This document shows positions 9,081 to 18,955 of a stretch of 64,000 bases of DNA, piece after piece. A program made the position numbers and the translations under genes. How positions within the stretch are numbered: position 1 is the stretch's first letter; each line of letters starts with the position of its first letter. Origin of the DNA: Bdellovibrionales bacterium (GTDB lineage: Bacteria > Bdellovibrionota > Bdellovibrionia > Bdellovibrionales > JAUICD01); contig OZ241865.1 of NCBI GenBank assembly GCA_965203275.1, positions 1,408,001 through 1,472,000 of the forward strand, given 5' to 3'. The notes beneath the pieces were generated by a model. That model did not search any database. It had not been told where the DNA came from and worked only from the letters and a program-made list of their open reading frames with translations.

Positions 9081-10940
9081 TCATTCTGGATCATCAGGCC
9101 ATAGCTCCACTCTACTGATCTGCTCTCTGTATTCTTGTACCCTCCTTCTGTAATTGCTCACATCACTACTTTGTAGAGACAAGAAACCTTCATAAAAAGC
9201 TAATCTATTTCTTAATCTGATAAGGGTTTGAGATTTGTTTCTTCCTAGTACATTTGATTCTTCACAAAGTTTTTTTCTTTCTAAGCAATCTGCCTCTCCA
9301 TGATTTTGTTGTGATGTTTGATATGCTAAGTTTGAACATTCTCTATAAAGCTTGATTTCTGATCGATCAGGGCAGTTTCCATAAAGAATTGAATAAAAAT
9401 GAGCTGGATCTAACATGGAAGATTCTAAACCTAATCTAATATCTCTCGCTCTGGCATATTGATTAGCCATCACAGATGAATGTTGCACTACTCGGCAGTC
9501 ATACCTTGGTTTAAATCTATCAGGGTTTTCTTCTCTACCACCACGTGTGCTGGTCACCTCCCCATGATCATCAACGACACTTCCTATGCTTCTTTCTTCA
9601 TACTCATCATGTAAACCTAAAAGATGAAGCAGTTCATGTAGTATTGCAGGACAATCAATGTCTGCTGCATAACTTAAACTATAAGAACGACTATTTTCTG
9701 ATTGAATATTAATTTCAATGGGGGAAATGCATGCTCCCATTTCTCTCTTAAGTTCTGTTTGAGGAGAAAGGTTTTCACCGTCAATAATCCGGACAGAAAT
9801 ATTTTGTCCATCAGGACCTGTCATTCTTCCATTTTGTTGATCCATACAGCTTCTCACATGTCTCAAATAATGAGTATGGACTTCTGCTTCTGCTAAAGAA
9901 CCATCATAGTCATCTGCAGGTTTAAAAATCAAAGCTAGAGGGACTGTATAATTATCTCCATGGGGTTCTTTTTTAATAATGTAGCCAAATCTTCCATTAC
10001 GTTCAGTTGGAATTTCTCTGATTTCCCCTGGCTGAAAATCACTACATGCAGTATGTTCATTTATTGAATCTATGTCAGCAAGTAGGCTAGCAAGATTATT
10101 ATTTATAGAGCTACCTCCTGAATAACAAATATTTTTAGTCACTACTTGATTGGCATTAGATTGATTGAGTAAGTGTTGGAGTCTACTTTCAATTTGTTTA
10201 TAATCATTAAGCATCCTAGCACAGACAGGATGTTCTGGTTCTTCGGAGCAGGCTTGGGGGATTTCTATAGATGATGCTTGATGCAGAGCCTCTAAAGTTG
10301 CTGAATGCATGCAATTGTCTCCTCTGTGCTGAAGACTTTTAATCACATCATTATATTGTCTGATGGATCCAAAAAGTAAAAGATCTCTTATTGATGAACT
10401 TTTACAGTAGGAGGAGCAATATCTTTGAGATCTTTGAAGATGTATCACATTGATTTTACGGACTGTTTGAATATGTTCTAGATTATAAGTTGCAGGATAT
10501 AAGATGCGATTTGATTGTTGTTCTAGAAAAAGAACTTGTCTTTGAGATATTCTGTTCCTTACTAAGTCTCGACATCTAACTCCTCCTCTTCCTACTCGAC
10601 GATTACAAATATTTAAGAGCCTTTCTTTTATTAAGTTAAGTCCTTCATTAATAAACTCTGTATTTTCATAATGAGATTGATTAAGTAATGCCTCAGCTCG
10701 ATTCAAAAGAGAAGGCAAGTTTTCAGGAGTGACAGCCAATGCTCCTTGATCCCTTTGCTTTTCTGAAATCCCTCGTATTTTTTCAAAGCTATCTGGCCGT
10801 TCGTGTTCAGGGCCAGAAGGTGGGCTGGGCCAAGGCATGATGTTGTTTCCAGTATTTGCAAAAGAAGGATTCAGACTATACAAGGATAAATAAGTAATTA
10901 AAAATGCCTTTTGTAAAATGAATCGAGACCATATAAGCAT
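9081..10940 (-). CDS. Secreted Zn-metallopeptidase-like protein
   Basis: N-terminal signal peptide (…NPSFA); HELLHLLGLHDEY matches HExxHxxGxxDEY; downstream SVM Met-turn; many Cys. Confidence 0.7.
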   Translation of the reverse strand: MLIWSRFILQKAFLITYLSLYSLNPSFANTGNNIMPWPSPPSGPEHERPDSFEKIRGISEKQRDQGALAVTPENLPSLLNRAEALLNQSHYENTEFINEGLNLIKERLLNICNRRVGRGGVRCRDLVRNRISQRQVLFLEQQSNRILYPATYNLEHIQTVRKINVIHLQRSQRYCSSYCKSSSIRDLLLFGSIRQYNDVIKSLQHRGDNCMHSATLEALHQASSIEIPQACSEEPEHPVCARMLNDYKQIESRLQHLLNQSNANQVVTKNICYSGGSSINNNLASLLADIDSINEHTACSDFQPGEIREIPTERNGRFGYIIKKEPHGDNYTVPLALIFKPADDYDGSLAEAEVHTHYLRHVRSCMDQQNGRMTGPDGQNISVRIIDGENLSPQTELKREMGACISPIEINIQSENSRSYSLSYAADIDCPAILHELLHLLGLHDEYEERSIGSVVDDHGEVTSTRGGREENPDRFKPRYDCRVVQHSSVMANQYARARDIRLGLESSMLDPAHFYSILYGNCPDRSEIKLYRECSNLAYQTSQQNHGEADCLERKKLCEESNVLGRNKSQTLIRLRNRLAFYEGFLSLQSSDVSNYRRRVQEYREQISRVELWPDDPE

Positions 10941-11254
10941 AGATTATACCCTAAGTAAATTACCGATGCATAAAATTGCATAAAATGAACAACTTTTACT
11001 CTTTTTATTCTGTTTTTTCTATGAATATGATCGGTAGAATCAAGACAAAACTTAAAAAGTTTGTTGAAAAATCCCATATTGTGCATGTATATTTTTCTGT
11101 TTTTTTCAAAGGTTTTTCAAAGGTTTTTATTCCTGCATTTAAGTTGCAAAACATCCATAATATGACTCTACTTTTGTGGAGTTTTTATAATCTTTAAACT
11201 CAAAGAATTAAGGTATAGAGCTTCCTTTCCGAAATATGTTTTAAGGAGAGAAGT

Positions 11255-11887
11255 GTGGGTTTACTATGGAGTTTATTTTTATTTGGTTCTTTGATTGGAT
11301 ATTCAGAAATCTTTGCTTCTGAAGCTGTCGTCCTTCAGATGGAGGTTTCTCATTCCCGGAACACTGATCAAACTTCTATTATTTTTAAAGATAAAAAAGT
11401 GGAACTTGTGACCAACACTTTTACTCGGAAAGACACACCTCGTTTAGGTAGATTTCAAGTTCCTTTGAGCAATAGGTTAAAATTACTCAGAAAACAAATT
11501 CAGCTTTATCGCAAACTCATAGATTCAAAAAAACCAGCTATTGATGTATCTAAGCTTTATAAGGCTATAGGTATAAGTCAAAACAAGAAAGACCCTACTG
11601 TCCATCATGCTCCAGTGGTCCGGCTGAATGGAAAGGAGGTATTAGCACAGCATCCTTATTTTCAAGCTTTGAAGAATATTTTAAGAGATATAAGTCAAGA
11701 AGAAAAATGGTCTTGTGTTGACTGTGCTGAATATCAAAGGAAGCAAAATAATATTGTCAGATGGATTAGAAAGACAGGGAAAAAGCCAGTGATTCGCACT
11801 TTCTCAAGAAAGCATCTCAATTGTTTCCCTTTAAATAAAAATCGAATAGAGTGTATAGATCCACAGTTTGGTATTTTTGAAATTTAA
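11255..11887 (+). CDS. Secreted hypothetical protein
   Basis: GTG start after AAGGAG; signal peptide ending EIFA; basic, with C-terminal Cys. Confidence 0.75.
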   Translation: MGLLWSLFLFGSLIGYSEIFASEAVVLQMEVSHSRNTDQTSIIFKDKKVELVTNTFTRKDTPRLGRFQVPLSNRLKLLRKQIQLYRKLIDSKKPAIDVSKLYKAIGISQNKKDPTVHHAPVVRLNGKEVLAQHPYFQALKNILRDISQEEKWSCVDCAEYQRKQNNIVRWIRKTGKKPVIRTFSRKHLNCFPLNKNRIECIDPQFGIFEI

Positions 11888-12242
11888 TGGTTTTATCCTT
11901 CTCTTTAAAAAAATCAATTTTTATTGATTGATATTTGTTTACCATAAGCCTTATAAGCTATTGATGAGCTGTCTGATTGTATCATTATTGCTTCTGAAAA
12001 CATTCTATAGCTAGTATATTCATATCAAATATCAGCAAAACAATTAAGACATCACAAATTTTATTTTAATAGATTTTAACCATGTTACAACGCTTTCCAT
12101 TGGGGTGATATAAAATCTATAGGAATTCATTTTTGTAAACCATTGAAATTTATCAACTTTATGCTTTATGCCATTAAATTTAAAAATAAATGCTTGAAAT
12201 AGTGTATAAATTTTGTTAAAGTAAAGGGAAAAGGAGGCAAAT

Positions 12243-13028
12243 ATGTCTGAACCAGCCATTAAATATCCAGAAAACTTAGTAGAAAAGGGATTTACACATG
12301 AACAAGCTCTCTCTCTTGTGAGCTATTTTGGTTATTTATCTCAAAAAATCTTTGCCAGTAAAACTGATGTGGAACTGATCAGGCAAGAAACAGCTTTTAT
12401 TAAAGAACAAGGTGAAATCCAAAAAGCGACTATACTTAGAGAGACAGAAGCTATTAAAAATGGAACAAAACTGCAAAAAGAAGAAATGACTCAAAAAATG
12501 GAATTGCAGAAAGTAGAATTATTAAAAAGGATGGATATACAAAAGGAGGAATTACTAAAAAAAATAGAAGTACAGAAAGTGGAATTATTGAAAAAGATGG
12601 ATGTGCAAGGGGAAGCTCTGCATAGAAAGATAGATGTGCAGAAAGAAGAACTGTTAAAAAGAATGGATATACAGAAAGTAGAATTGTTAAAAAGAATGGA
12701 CTTGCAGAAAGAAGAATTATTGAGAAAAATAGATGCACAGAAAGAAGAATTATTGAGAAAAATGGATGTGCAGAAAGAAGAGATATTTAAAGAAATGGCA
12801 TTGATTCGCAGTGAAATGGAAAAACAAAAAGCAGAGATACTTAAAGAAATAGCATTGCATCGCAGTGAGACAGATTTACAAATAGCAGAAATAAAAAAAG
12901 AAATAGCAATAATCAAAAAAGAAATAGTATTGCAACGAGAACAGATCATCAATACTGTATATAAAATGGGATTTGCTATGACAACTATTATAATTACTGT
13001 TTTAGGATTGATTATTAAATTTGGTTAG
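12243..13028 (+). CDS. DUF1640/CCDC90/Bdr-like coiled-coil protein with 11-aa tandem repeats and C-terminal TM anchor
   Basis: KGFTHEQA…ASKTDVE head; ~9 repeats of (M/I)D(V/I/L/A)QK(E/V)ELL(K/R)(K/R); hydrophobic C-terminus; AAGGAGG RBS. Confidence 0.75.
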   Translation: MSEPAIKYPENLVEKGFTHEQALSLVSYFGYLSQKIFASKTDVELIRQETAFIKEQGEIQKATILRETEAIKNGTKLQKEEMTQKMELQKVELLKRMDIQKEELLKKIEVQKVELLKKMDVQGEALHRKIDVQKEELLKRMDIQKVELLKRMDLQKEELLRKIDAQKEELLRKMDVQKEEIFKEMALIRSEMEKQKAEILKEIALHRSETDLQIAEIKKEIAIIKKEIVLQREQIINTVYKMGFAMTTIIITVLGLIIKFG

Positions 13029-14124
13029 TTTGCACTAGGTAAGGATTTTGGTAAAAATGGTTGAGGGGTTTTATTTTCTCAATACAATCTATAGCTAATT
13101 GATGAGCTGCTTTATGGGTTGTGACATTCTGCTCCCGAGAAACCTGAAAAATATGAATTAAATTATTATAAATTTTTTGAGAATACATCTTTTGTTTGCT
13201 CTGCATATCTTGTAGAGAATGTTTTTCAAATTCTGAAAACACAGAAATCAATCCCCCTGCATTGATGACAAAGTCAGGAGCATATAAGATGCCTTTTTCA
13301 TGTAGGATTTGCCCATGCCTTTCTTCCACAAGCTGATTATTAGCTCCACCTGCAATGATCTTGGCTTTGATCTGTGGTATTGTCTTGTCATCAAAAAGCC
13401 CTCCTAATGCACAAGGAGCTAAAACATCGCATTTTGTAAAGAGGATACTTTTAGGATCCACTACTTTGGCATTTGTTTCTTGTGCTACCTGATCCACAAG
13501 AGACGAATTAATATCTGATATAATTAATTCTGCACCACTTTTATAAAGGTGAGTGGCTAAATAAGAACCTACATGCCCTACACCTTGAATAGCTACAGTG
13601 ATTCCATCAAGATGGCTGATCTGGTATTGATGTTTAAGAGCAGCTTTGATACCCATGAGTACACCATGGGCTGTGTAAGGGCTTGGATCACCTGATCCAC
13701 CTAGCTCTTGAGCAGTTCCAGCAACCCAGGGGGTTTCTCTATGGATGTATTTCATATCTTCTACACATGTTCCTACATCTTCTGCTGCGATATAACGTCC
13801 ATTCAAAGAGTGAATGTATTGGCCAAAGGCACGAAATAAAGCTTCAGATTTTATTTTTTGAGGATCACCAATGATGACAGATTTACCTCCACCTAACTTT
13901 AATCCTGATACAGCTGCTTTGTAAGTCATACATTTTGAAAGACGTAGCACATCAATAAGAGCTTGTTCATCAGAAGCGTAGGGCCATATACGTATCCCAC
14001 CTAAAGCTGGGCCTAAGATTGTACTATGAATAGCTATGATAGCCTTAAGATTCACCTTTTTGTTGTGACAAAAGATAACCTGTTCATGTTCTCCTTGTTG
14101 CTCAATCACTTGAAAGATACTCAA
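13015..14124 (-). CDS. Leucine/valine (Glu/Leu/Phe/Val) dehydrogenase
   Basis: LGPALGGIR, GGGKSVI, AEDVGT, GDPSPYTAHGV, QGVGHVG, GGANNQL, APDFVINAGG. Confidence 0.93.
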   Translation of the reverse strand: MSIFQVIEQQGEHEQVIFCHNKKVNLKAIIAIHSTILGPALGGIRIWPYASDEQALIDVLRLSKCMTYKAAVSGLKLGGGKSVIIGDPQKIKSEALFRAFGQYIHSLNGRYIAAEDVGTCVEDMKYIHRETPWVAGTAQELGGSGDPSPYTAHGVLMGIKAALKHQYQISHLDGITVAIQGVGHVGSYLATHLYKSGAELIISDINSSLVDQVAQETNAKVVDPKSILFTKCDVLAPCALGGLFDDKTIPQIKAKIIAGGANNQLVEERHGQILHEKGILYAPDFVINAGGLISVFSEFEKHSLQDMQSKQKMYSQKIYNNLIHIFQVSREQNVTTHKAAHQLAIDCIEKIKPLNHFYQNPYLVQTNQI

Positions 14125-14356
14125 ATGAAACCTCCTTATTAGAGTTTATTACATTTACAATAATTATTTAATTAAGTCAAATGAATCTCACAATATGTAC
14201 TTATTTTTTATTGTATCGGGCAAATTTTAGATAAATTCGAGTAAATCCAGATAAATTCGGATAAATAAAAACTAGATATTAAAACTTATTTGTTAAAATA
14301 TTTGACCAAAAGTCAGACAACAGAAATAATAGAAAAAGATGCCCTTCTTATAATCC

Positions 14357-15430
14357 TTGAAAAGGATATGTGTGTATGAGAACATAAAAGCTCAAAAGGA
14401 TATCATTATGGATCACCAATTAAATATTCCTTTACCTAATGAGTTGCCACCTCCATTGACGAGAGAATCTTTGAATAAAGAAAATGTCTCTCAAGCTATT
14501 GATATGGCAGTCATCCAAAATACAGATCTTATGAATAGGCTATCTTTAGCTTTAAAGCGTACGGCTCATCTTGAATCCAGGCTGAAATTTTCTGAGAGAA
14601 ATAATAATCAAAGGAAAGAAAAGCTCACTGTCTTAGATGACGAAATACATGTTTTACGTTCAAGTCAAAATCAAATGCAAACTCAGATGCAAGGTTTATT
14701 TACAAAACTCAATCAATCAGAAAAGAAATATACAGATATTTATCAACAATATTTAGAAAAAGAACAACAACTTCAAGCTTATCAAAAGCAAATAGAACAT
14801 TTTAGAGATGTTGCACAAAATAGTCATGTACAATCTCAAAAGGATTTAATTTCTCTTGTAGATTACCATGAGAAAAGATACGCCACTGTTGAAAGAGAAT
14901 GCAAAAATTTAAAAAAGCAATTAGAGTTTCAAACACAAAAAATAAAACATTTAGAATCTGAAAAACTCGAGGCAAAGAAGCAAATAGCTCAAGCTCAACA
15001 TCAAATAACATCGTTTGAAAAAAAGCTTCAAGTTTTTCAAAAAGAATCAGATCAAAATTTAAAACAAATGTATAATTCTTTAGAACGAGATCAAAAACAA
15101 ATCCAAAATAAAGATATACAAATTGTTCAGCTAGAGGCTAAAGTCACTCATTTCAAGAAGCTTCAAGAGGAATATAAAAATATTCAAGAAGTACGAGATC
15201 AGTTAAAAATCAGCCTGCAATCTAAAGATATTGAGTTAAAAAACATGAAAGAAAGATTAACACAATCTAAGAAAAGTCAAACAACTATAGCAGCAAACAA
15301 TAAAGTCCTCAGCGATCAAGTTAAGGAACTTAAACAATTGTTAGAGATCAAAGGGCAGGGACAAGGGGATGAAAAAAAGCAATCTATTCAAAAGCAACTA
15401 AAAATTATTGAAAAGCTACTTGCCAGATAA
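14357..15430 (+). CDS. Long coiled-coil hypothetical protein (likely start 14408)
   Basis: Q/E/K-rich heptad composition throughout. Confidence 0.75.
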   Translation: MKRICVYENIKAQKDIIMDHQLNIPLPNELPPPLTRESLNKENVSQAIDMAVIQNTDLMNRLSLALKRTAHLESRLKFSERNNNQRKEKLTVLDDEIHVLRSSQNQMQTQMQGLFTKLNQSEKKYTDIYQQYLEKEQQLQAYQKQIEHFRDVAQNSHVQSQKDLISLVDYHEKRYATVERECKNLKKQLEFQTQKIKHLESEKLEAKKQIAQAQHQITSFEKKLQVFQKESDQNLKQMYNSLERDQKQIQNKDIQIVQLEAKVTHFKKLQEEYKNIQEVRDQLKISLQSKDIELKNMKERLTQSKKSQTTIAANNKVLSDQVKELKQLLEIKGQGQGDEKKQSIQKQLKIIEKLLAR

Positions 15431-15489
15431 TCTTTATATCCTTCTAACATTTATCTTAAATTCGATAAGTTAATAGATGAAAAATGTGG

Positions 15490-17919
15490 CTACATCACAA
15501 GTTGTGATAAGGCTTGATCTGCACTGATCATACTTTCTCTCATCTTTGTAGACATATACACAGCTTCTTTGATTGGTTTTCCGATAGAATCTTGTACTTT
15601 TTTAGATGGAAGGATAATTTTAATTTTCTTTACATCAGATGAACGAATACTTTTAAGAATAGAACCACTAGATATTCTCTCTAATTGTATCTGACCATAT
15701 TTTGAATTGAGGAAAGAAACTAAATAATAAGGATTAATACCTTCTTTAACTTTGATTTTAATAAGAAAACCAGAAGCTATACCATCTACAAGGTCTGGTG
15801 GAATATTGGTAGCTATTCCAGAATTTCCTGCTCTTGTTATAAGTATTGTGTCTTCATCTACTTTGTTTTTAATGACTTCTTTATTTACTTCTAAGGATTT
15901 CTTTATATATTTTAAATTTTCAAAATTAATGCCTTCCTTTGTAATACTTTTCACTAAAATATAGGGAAGCCCTTCTTCTTTTTCAACATAAATAGACGAA
16001 TCGTCAATATTAGCTCCATTATGTATAGAGTCTATAATTTCTTCAAAATCAATCACAGGATATTTTGATTGATAAATGTTTTCCAGGTGATTTATATATT
16101 TCTTTAAATATCTTTTTGCAATAAAATTGTTCTCTAATAAAGAAGCCTTAATAAAAAAATTGTTTTTGTCTATTTGATTATTTTTGTAAAAATTTTCAAC
16201 ACAAGGTAATTGGTCTTTTTCAATAGGTCTTCCTTTTTTATCATGTCCGCAATATTTATTAATGGAAATAAAAATATTTTTATTATGACAGTTGCCTTTT
16301 TGAATAAATAAAACACTTGTGTTGATTGTTACATGAGGGCTAAAGGTTTCAAATGGCAATTCAACAATTGCAAATAAATGACCTTGTTCTAATATGTGTT
16401 GTCTTAAATAAGACTCTTTTTCATTACCTAAGATGCCATTTGGAAGAACGATAGCCATTCTTCCTCCTTCTTTGAGAAGCGATAAGCACTTTTCTATAAA
16501 TAAAACTTGTGGCTCCTCTTTTATTTTTAATTTCTCAGTTTTGATCCATTTTTTATTATCCTTATCAAACTTCCACTTATAACCAAATTGAAATTGTTTT
16601 AATTTACTTTCTCCATAAACAGGAATTCTAGATCCAAATGGTGGATTAGTCAGTAGAATGTCAAAATGGCCTTCTTTGATTTTCTCATTTGTGAGTGATT
16701 TCCAATTCCTTTTGTCTTCCAAACTATCATCACAAACAATGCCACTAGCACCATCACCTATTAAGGTCATATAAACCTTTGTGACCTTAGATAAAAAATA
16801 ATCTTTATCTATACCTCTAAATTTTTCTGTTGCAATTTTTTGTTTTTCTCTATCTATCTCAATCTGAGGCCAATTATATTCTTTGCCTTTTTGATCAATC
16901 TTTTTCCAAATATATCTTAATGTTTCAATGAGAAATCCACCGCTACCACAAGCAGGATCAATAACCATATCTTTATCATTAGGATCTAAAATATGAACCA
17001 TCATTTTAATGACATTTCTAGGAGTAAAAAACTGTCCTTGTCCACCTTTTAAAGCATGACCAATAAATGTTTCAAAAGCATCAGCAATAATATCTCTTTC
17101 TGCTTCTATCAGGCAATAGTTTTGTAACTCTCCTACAACATAAGCAATAGAATTTTCATCTAAAATAATTTCATCTGTTTTGTCTAATACCTCGCGATAT
17201 GAATCTTTTACTTTCTTAAAAATATTTAATATTCTTGTTTTTACATCTTTAGGTTTTTCATTAACTCCAGCTCTAAAAGAAACTATATCATTTTGTTTTG
17301 TAAATTTTTCATCATAGATTTTACAAAAAATAATATTAATCAATTGTTGAGCTAACACTTCGTCTCTGGTTACCCCAACAGTATTAGCAGCTAAATAATT
17401 TCTCATAGCTTTAAAAGTAGCTCTTAGATTATGAGTTGGTTTAAGGTCTTTTCTCTTAAACATCCCTATATCTTCAAGCCTTTGTCCGTATTTTGGGATA
17501 TTGGGGATTTCTTCAAATATAACCTTCCCATGTTTTTCTATCTTTCTTAAGAAAAGCCTTTCATTACCATTAAACCAAACTCCTAAATATGCTCTTGATA
17601 ATCTAAGATAATCTTCTAATTGAGACTTGCCGTCTTTTTTGTTTTTTCGTTTACATTCAACAATAATCTTTATATCTTGTTCTTTCTTTTTATTATTTGC
17701 AAAAATAGCAATATCTACAGGATATTCTTTTTTTGTATCAGAAGGTTTGGATTTGACTCTAAACTGAGGTTTTGTTTGGATGTGCTTTTTGGGATAATGA
17801 TAATCTTCAACCAACTGTTTAGAAAAGGGTTGTACAGCATCAATTTCTTCAGGGGTTGCTTTGATTTTCCGACCTGAAATAAAATCTATAATATGTCTTT
17901 GTGTTTTTGATTGTACCAT
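15490..17919 (-). CDS. Fused restriction-modification protein (HsdR_N-like nuclease + N6-adenine methyltransferase + HsdS-like TRD; Type IIG-like)
   Basis: PVDIAIF…IIVECK nuclease motif; GQFFTPR, IDPACGSGGFL, NPPF; C-terminal TRD-like region. Confidence 0.88.
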   Translation of the reverse strand: MVQSKTQRHIIDFISGRKIKATPEEIDAVQPFSKQLVEDYHYPKKHIQTKPQFRVKSKPSDTKKEYPVDIAIFANNKKKEQDIKIIVECKRKNKKDGKSQLEDYLRLSRAYLGVWFNGNERLFLRKIEKHGKVIFEEIPNIPKYGQRLEDIGMFKRKDLKPTHNLRATFKAMRNYLAANTVGVTRDEVLAQQLINIIFCKIYDEKFTKQNDIVSFRAGVNEKPKDVKTRILNIFKKVKDSYREVLDKTDEIILDENSIAYVVGELQNYCLIEAERDIIADAFETFIGHALKGGQGQFFTPRNVIKMMVHILDPNDKDMVIDPACGSGGFLIETLRYIWKKIDQKGKEYNWPQIEIDREKQKIATEKFRGIDKDYFLSKVTKVYMTLIGDGASGIVCDDSLEDKRNWKSLTNEKIKEGHFDILLTNPPFGSRIPVYGESKLKQFQFGYKWKFDKDNKKWIKTEKLKIKEEPQVLFIEKCLSLLKEGGRMAIVLPNGILGNEKESYLRQHILEQGHLFAIVELPFETFSPHVTINTSVLFIQKGNCHNKNIFISINKYCGHDKKGRPIEKDQLPCVENFYKNNQIDKNNFFIKASLLENNFIAKRYLKKYINHLENIYQSKYPVIDFEEIIDSIHNGANIDDSSIYVEKEEGLPYILVKSITKEGINFENLKYIKKSLEVNKEVIKNKVDEDTILITRAGNSGIATNIPPDLVDGIASGFLIKIKVKEGINPYYLVSFLNSKYGQIQLERISSGSILKSIRSSDVKKIKIILPSKKVQDSIGKPIKEAVYMSTKMRESMISADQALSQLVM

Positions 17920-17979
17920 AGCCTACTCCTTGATCTGTTTGATCAACCCAAATTTTTGATTTTTTTAGCAACACGTTTT

Positions 17980-18609
17980 TCATAAGATTTCATAAGAGTA
18001 AGGGCCTATACAAAAGCTGTTATTTTCGTTTTTATTAAACAAGGTCGTGGGTTTATTAGATTCTTTTTCATTCAATAAATAAACAATTTCCTTAGTTGTA
18101 TGATCTACTAATCTTTCAAATGCAATATTAAGATGGGGCAGAAAATCATTCATGCTACTACAACGAAACATACCATTTTCCTTGTTCCATGTTGTAAAAC
18201 AAACTAAACTGCCTGTAGAATTACAAAGAACTAAAACGCCCTTTCCTTTTTGAGGATTGCAATTAATAGCTATCTCTTGATCTTCTGTAGGATATATATC
18301 GTATGCATATTGTGGAAATTTATTGTAAATAAAATCTAAAACTTTTTTTGCATTCCCTCTTGCTACTTCAGAGAACTTTTCAAATTCTTCTTCCTCACAT
18401 TCCTTGTCTATTTCATGGTCTAAAATATCATGTAACTTTTCTTCTTCTTGCTTGCTATATGGTAAAGAAGTTTTTGTTGAAGAACTTGAAACACTATAAT
18501 AAACGTACTTATTAAAATAAATAGGTTTTCTTTCATTCCGTCGAATACTTTTTATTAACATTTCTAAAATATTAAAAATCATATAACTTTGACTCATAAA
18601 AACCTCCAA
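17980..18609 (-). CDS. Hypothetical protein upstream of the R-M gene
   Basis: 209-aa ORF; likely ATG start at MSQS after GGAGG. Confidence 0.6.
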   Translation of the reverse strand: MEVFMSQSYMIFNILEMLIKSIRRNERKPIYFNKYVYYSVSSSSTKTSLPYSKQEEEKLHDILDHEIDKECEEEEFEKFSEVARGNAKKVLDFIYNKFPQYAYDIYPTEDQEIAINCNPQKGKGVLVLCNSTGSLVCFTTWNKENGMFRCSSMNDFLPHLNIAFERLVDHTTKEIVYLLNEKESNKPTTLFNKNENNSFCIGPYSYEIL

Positions 18610-18955
18610 TAATTTTCTTGAATTTTCATAATTTGCTTTTATTTTTTGAAATAGTCTTATACTTTACACTTTCTTCAATAAATATACAAGACTTTTTTGC
18701 TTTTAACTACTTAAATTTCTGCCGTCCATTGTTTTATAATACATAACCTTAAAAATAAGTGCTTTTCAGAAATTTATAGCAATAAAGTGTCTCATTATGG
18801 ATCACAAAATAGATCACAAACAGATTTTTTATCTGATTTTTAAATAAAAAGTTTTATTATTTTAAAACTTCTGACGATAACAATTATAGGTTTAAATAAC
18901 TTAGTAAATAGAATTTATAAAAAATAATCCATATTTCAAACAAGGAGGAAGTCTT

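Noticed and set aside
12454..12952. Minus-strand ORFs of 94 and 153 aa
   Set aside because: Antisense to the repeat stalk of 12243-13028.
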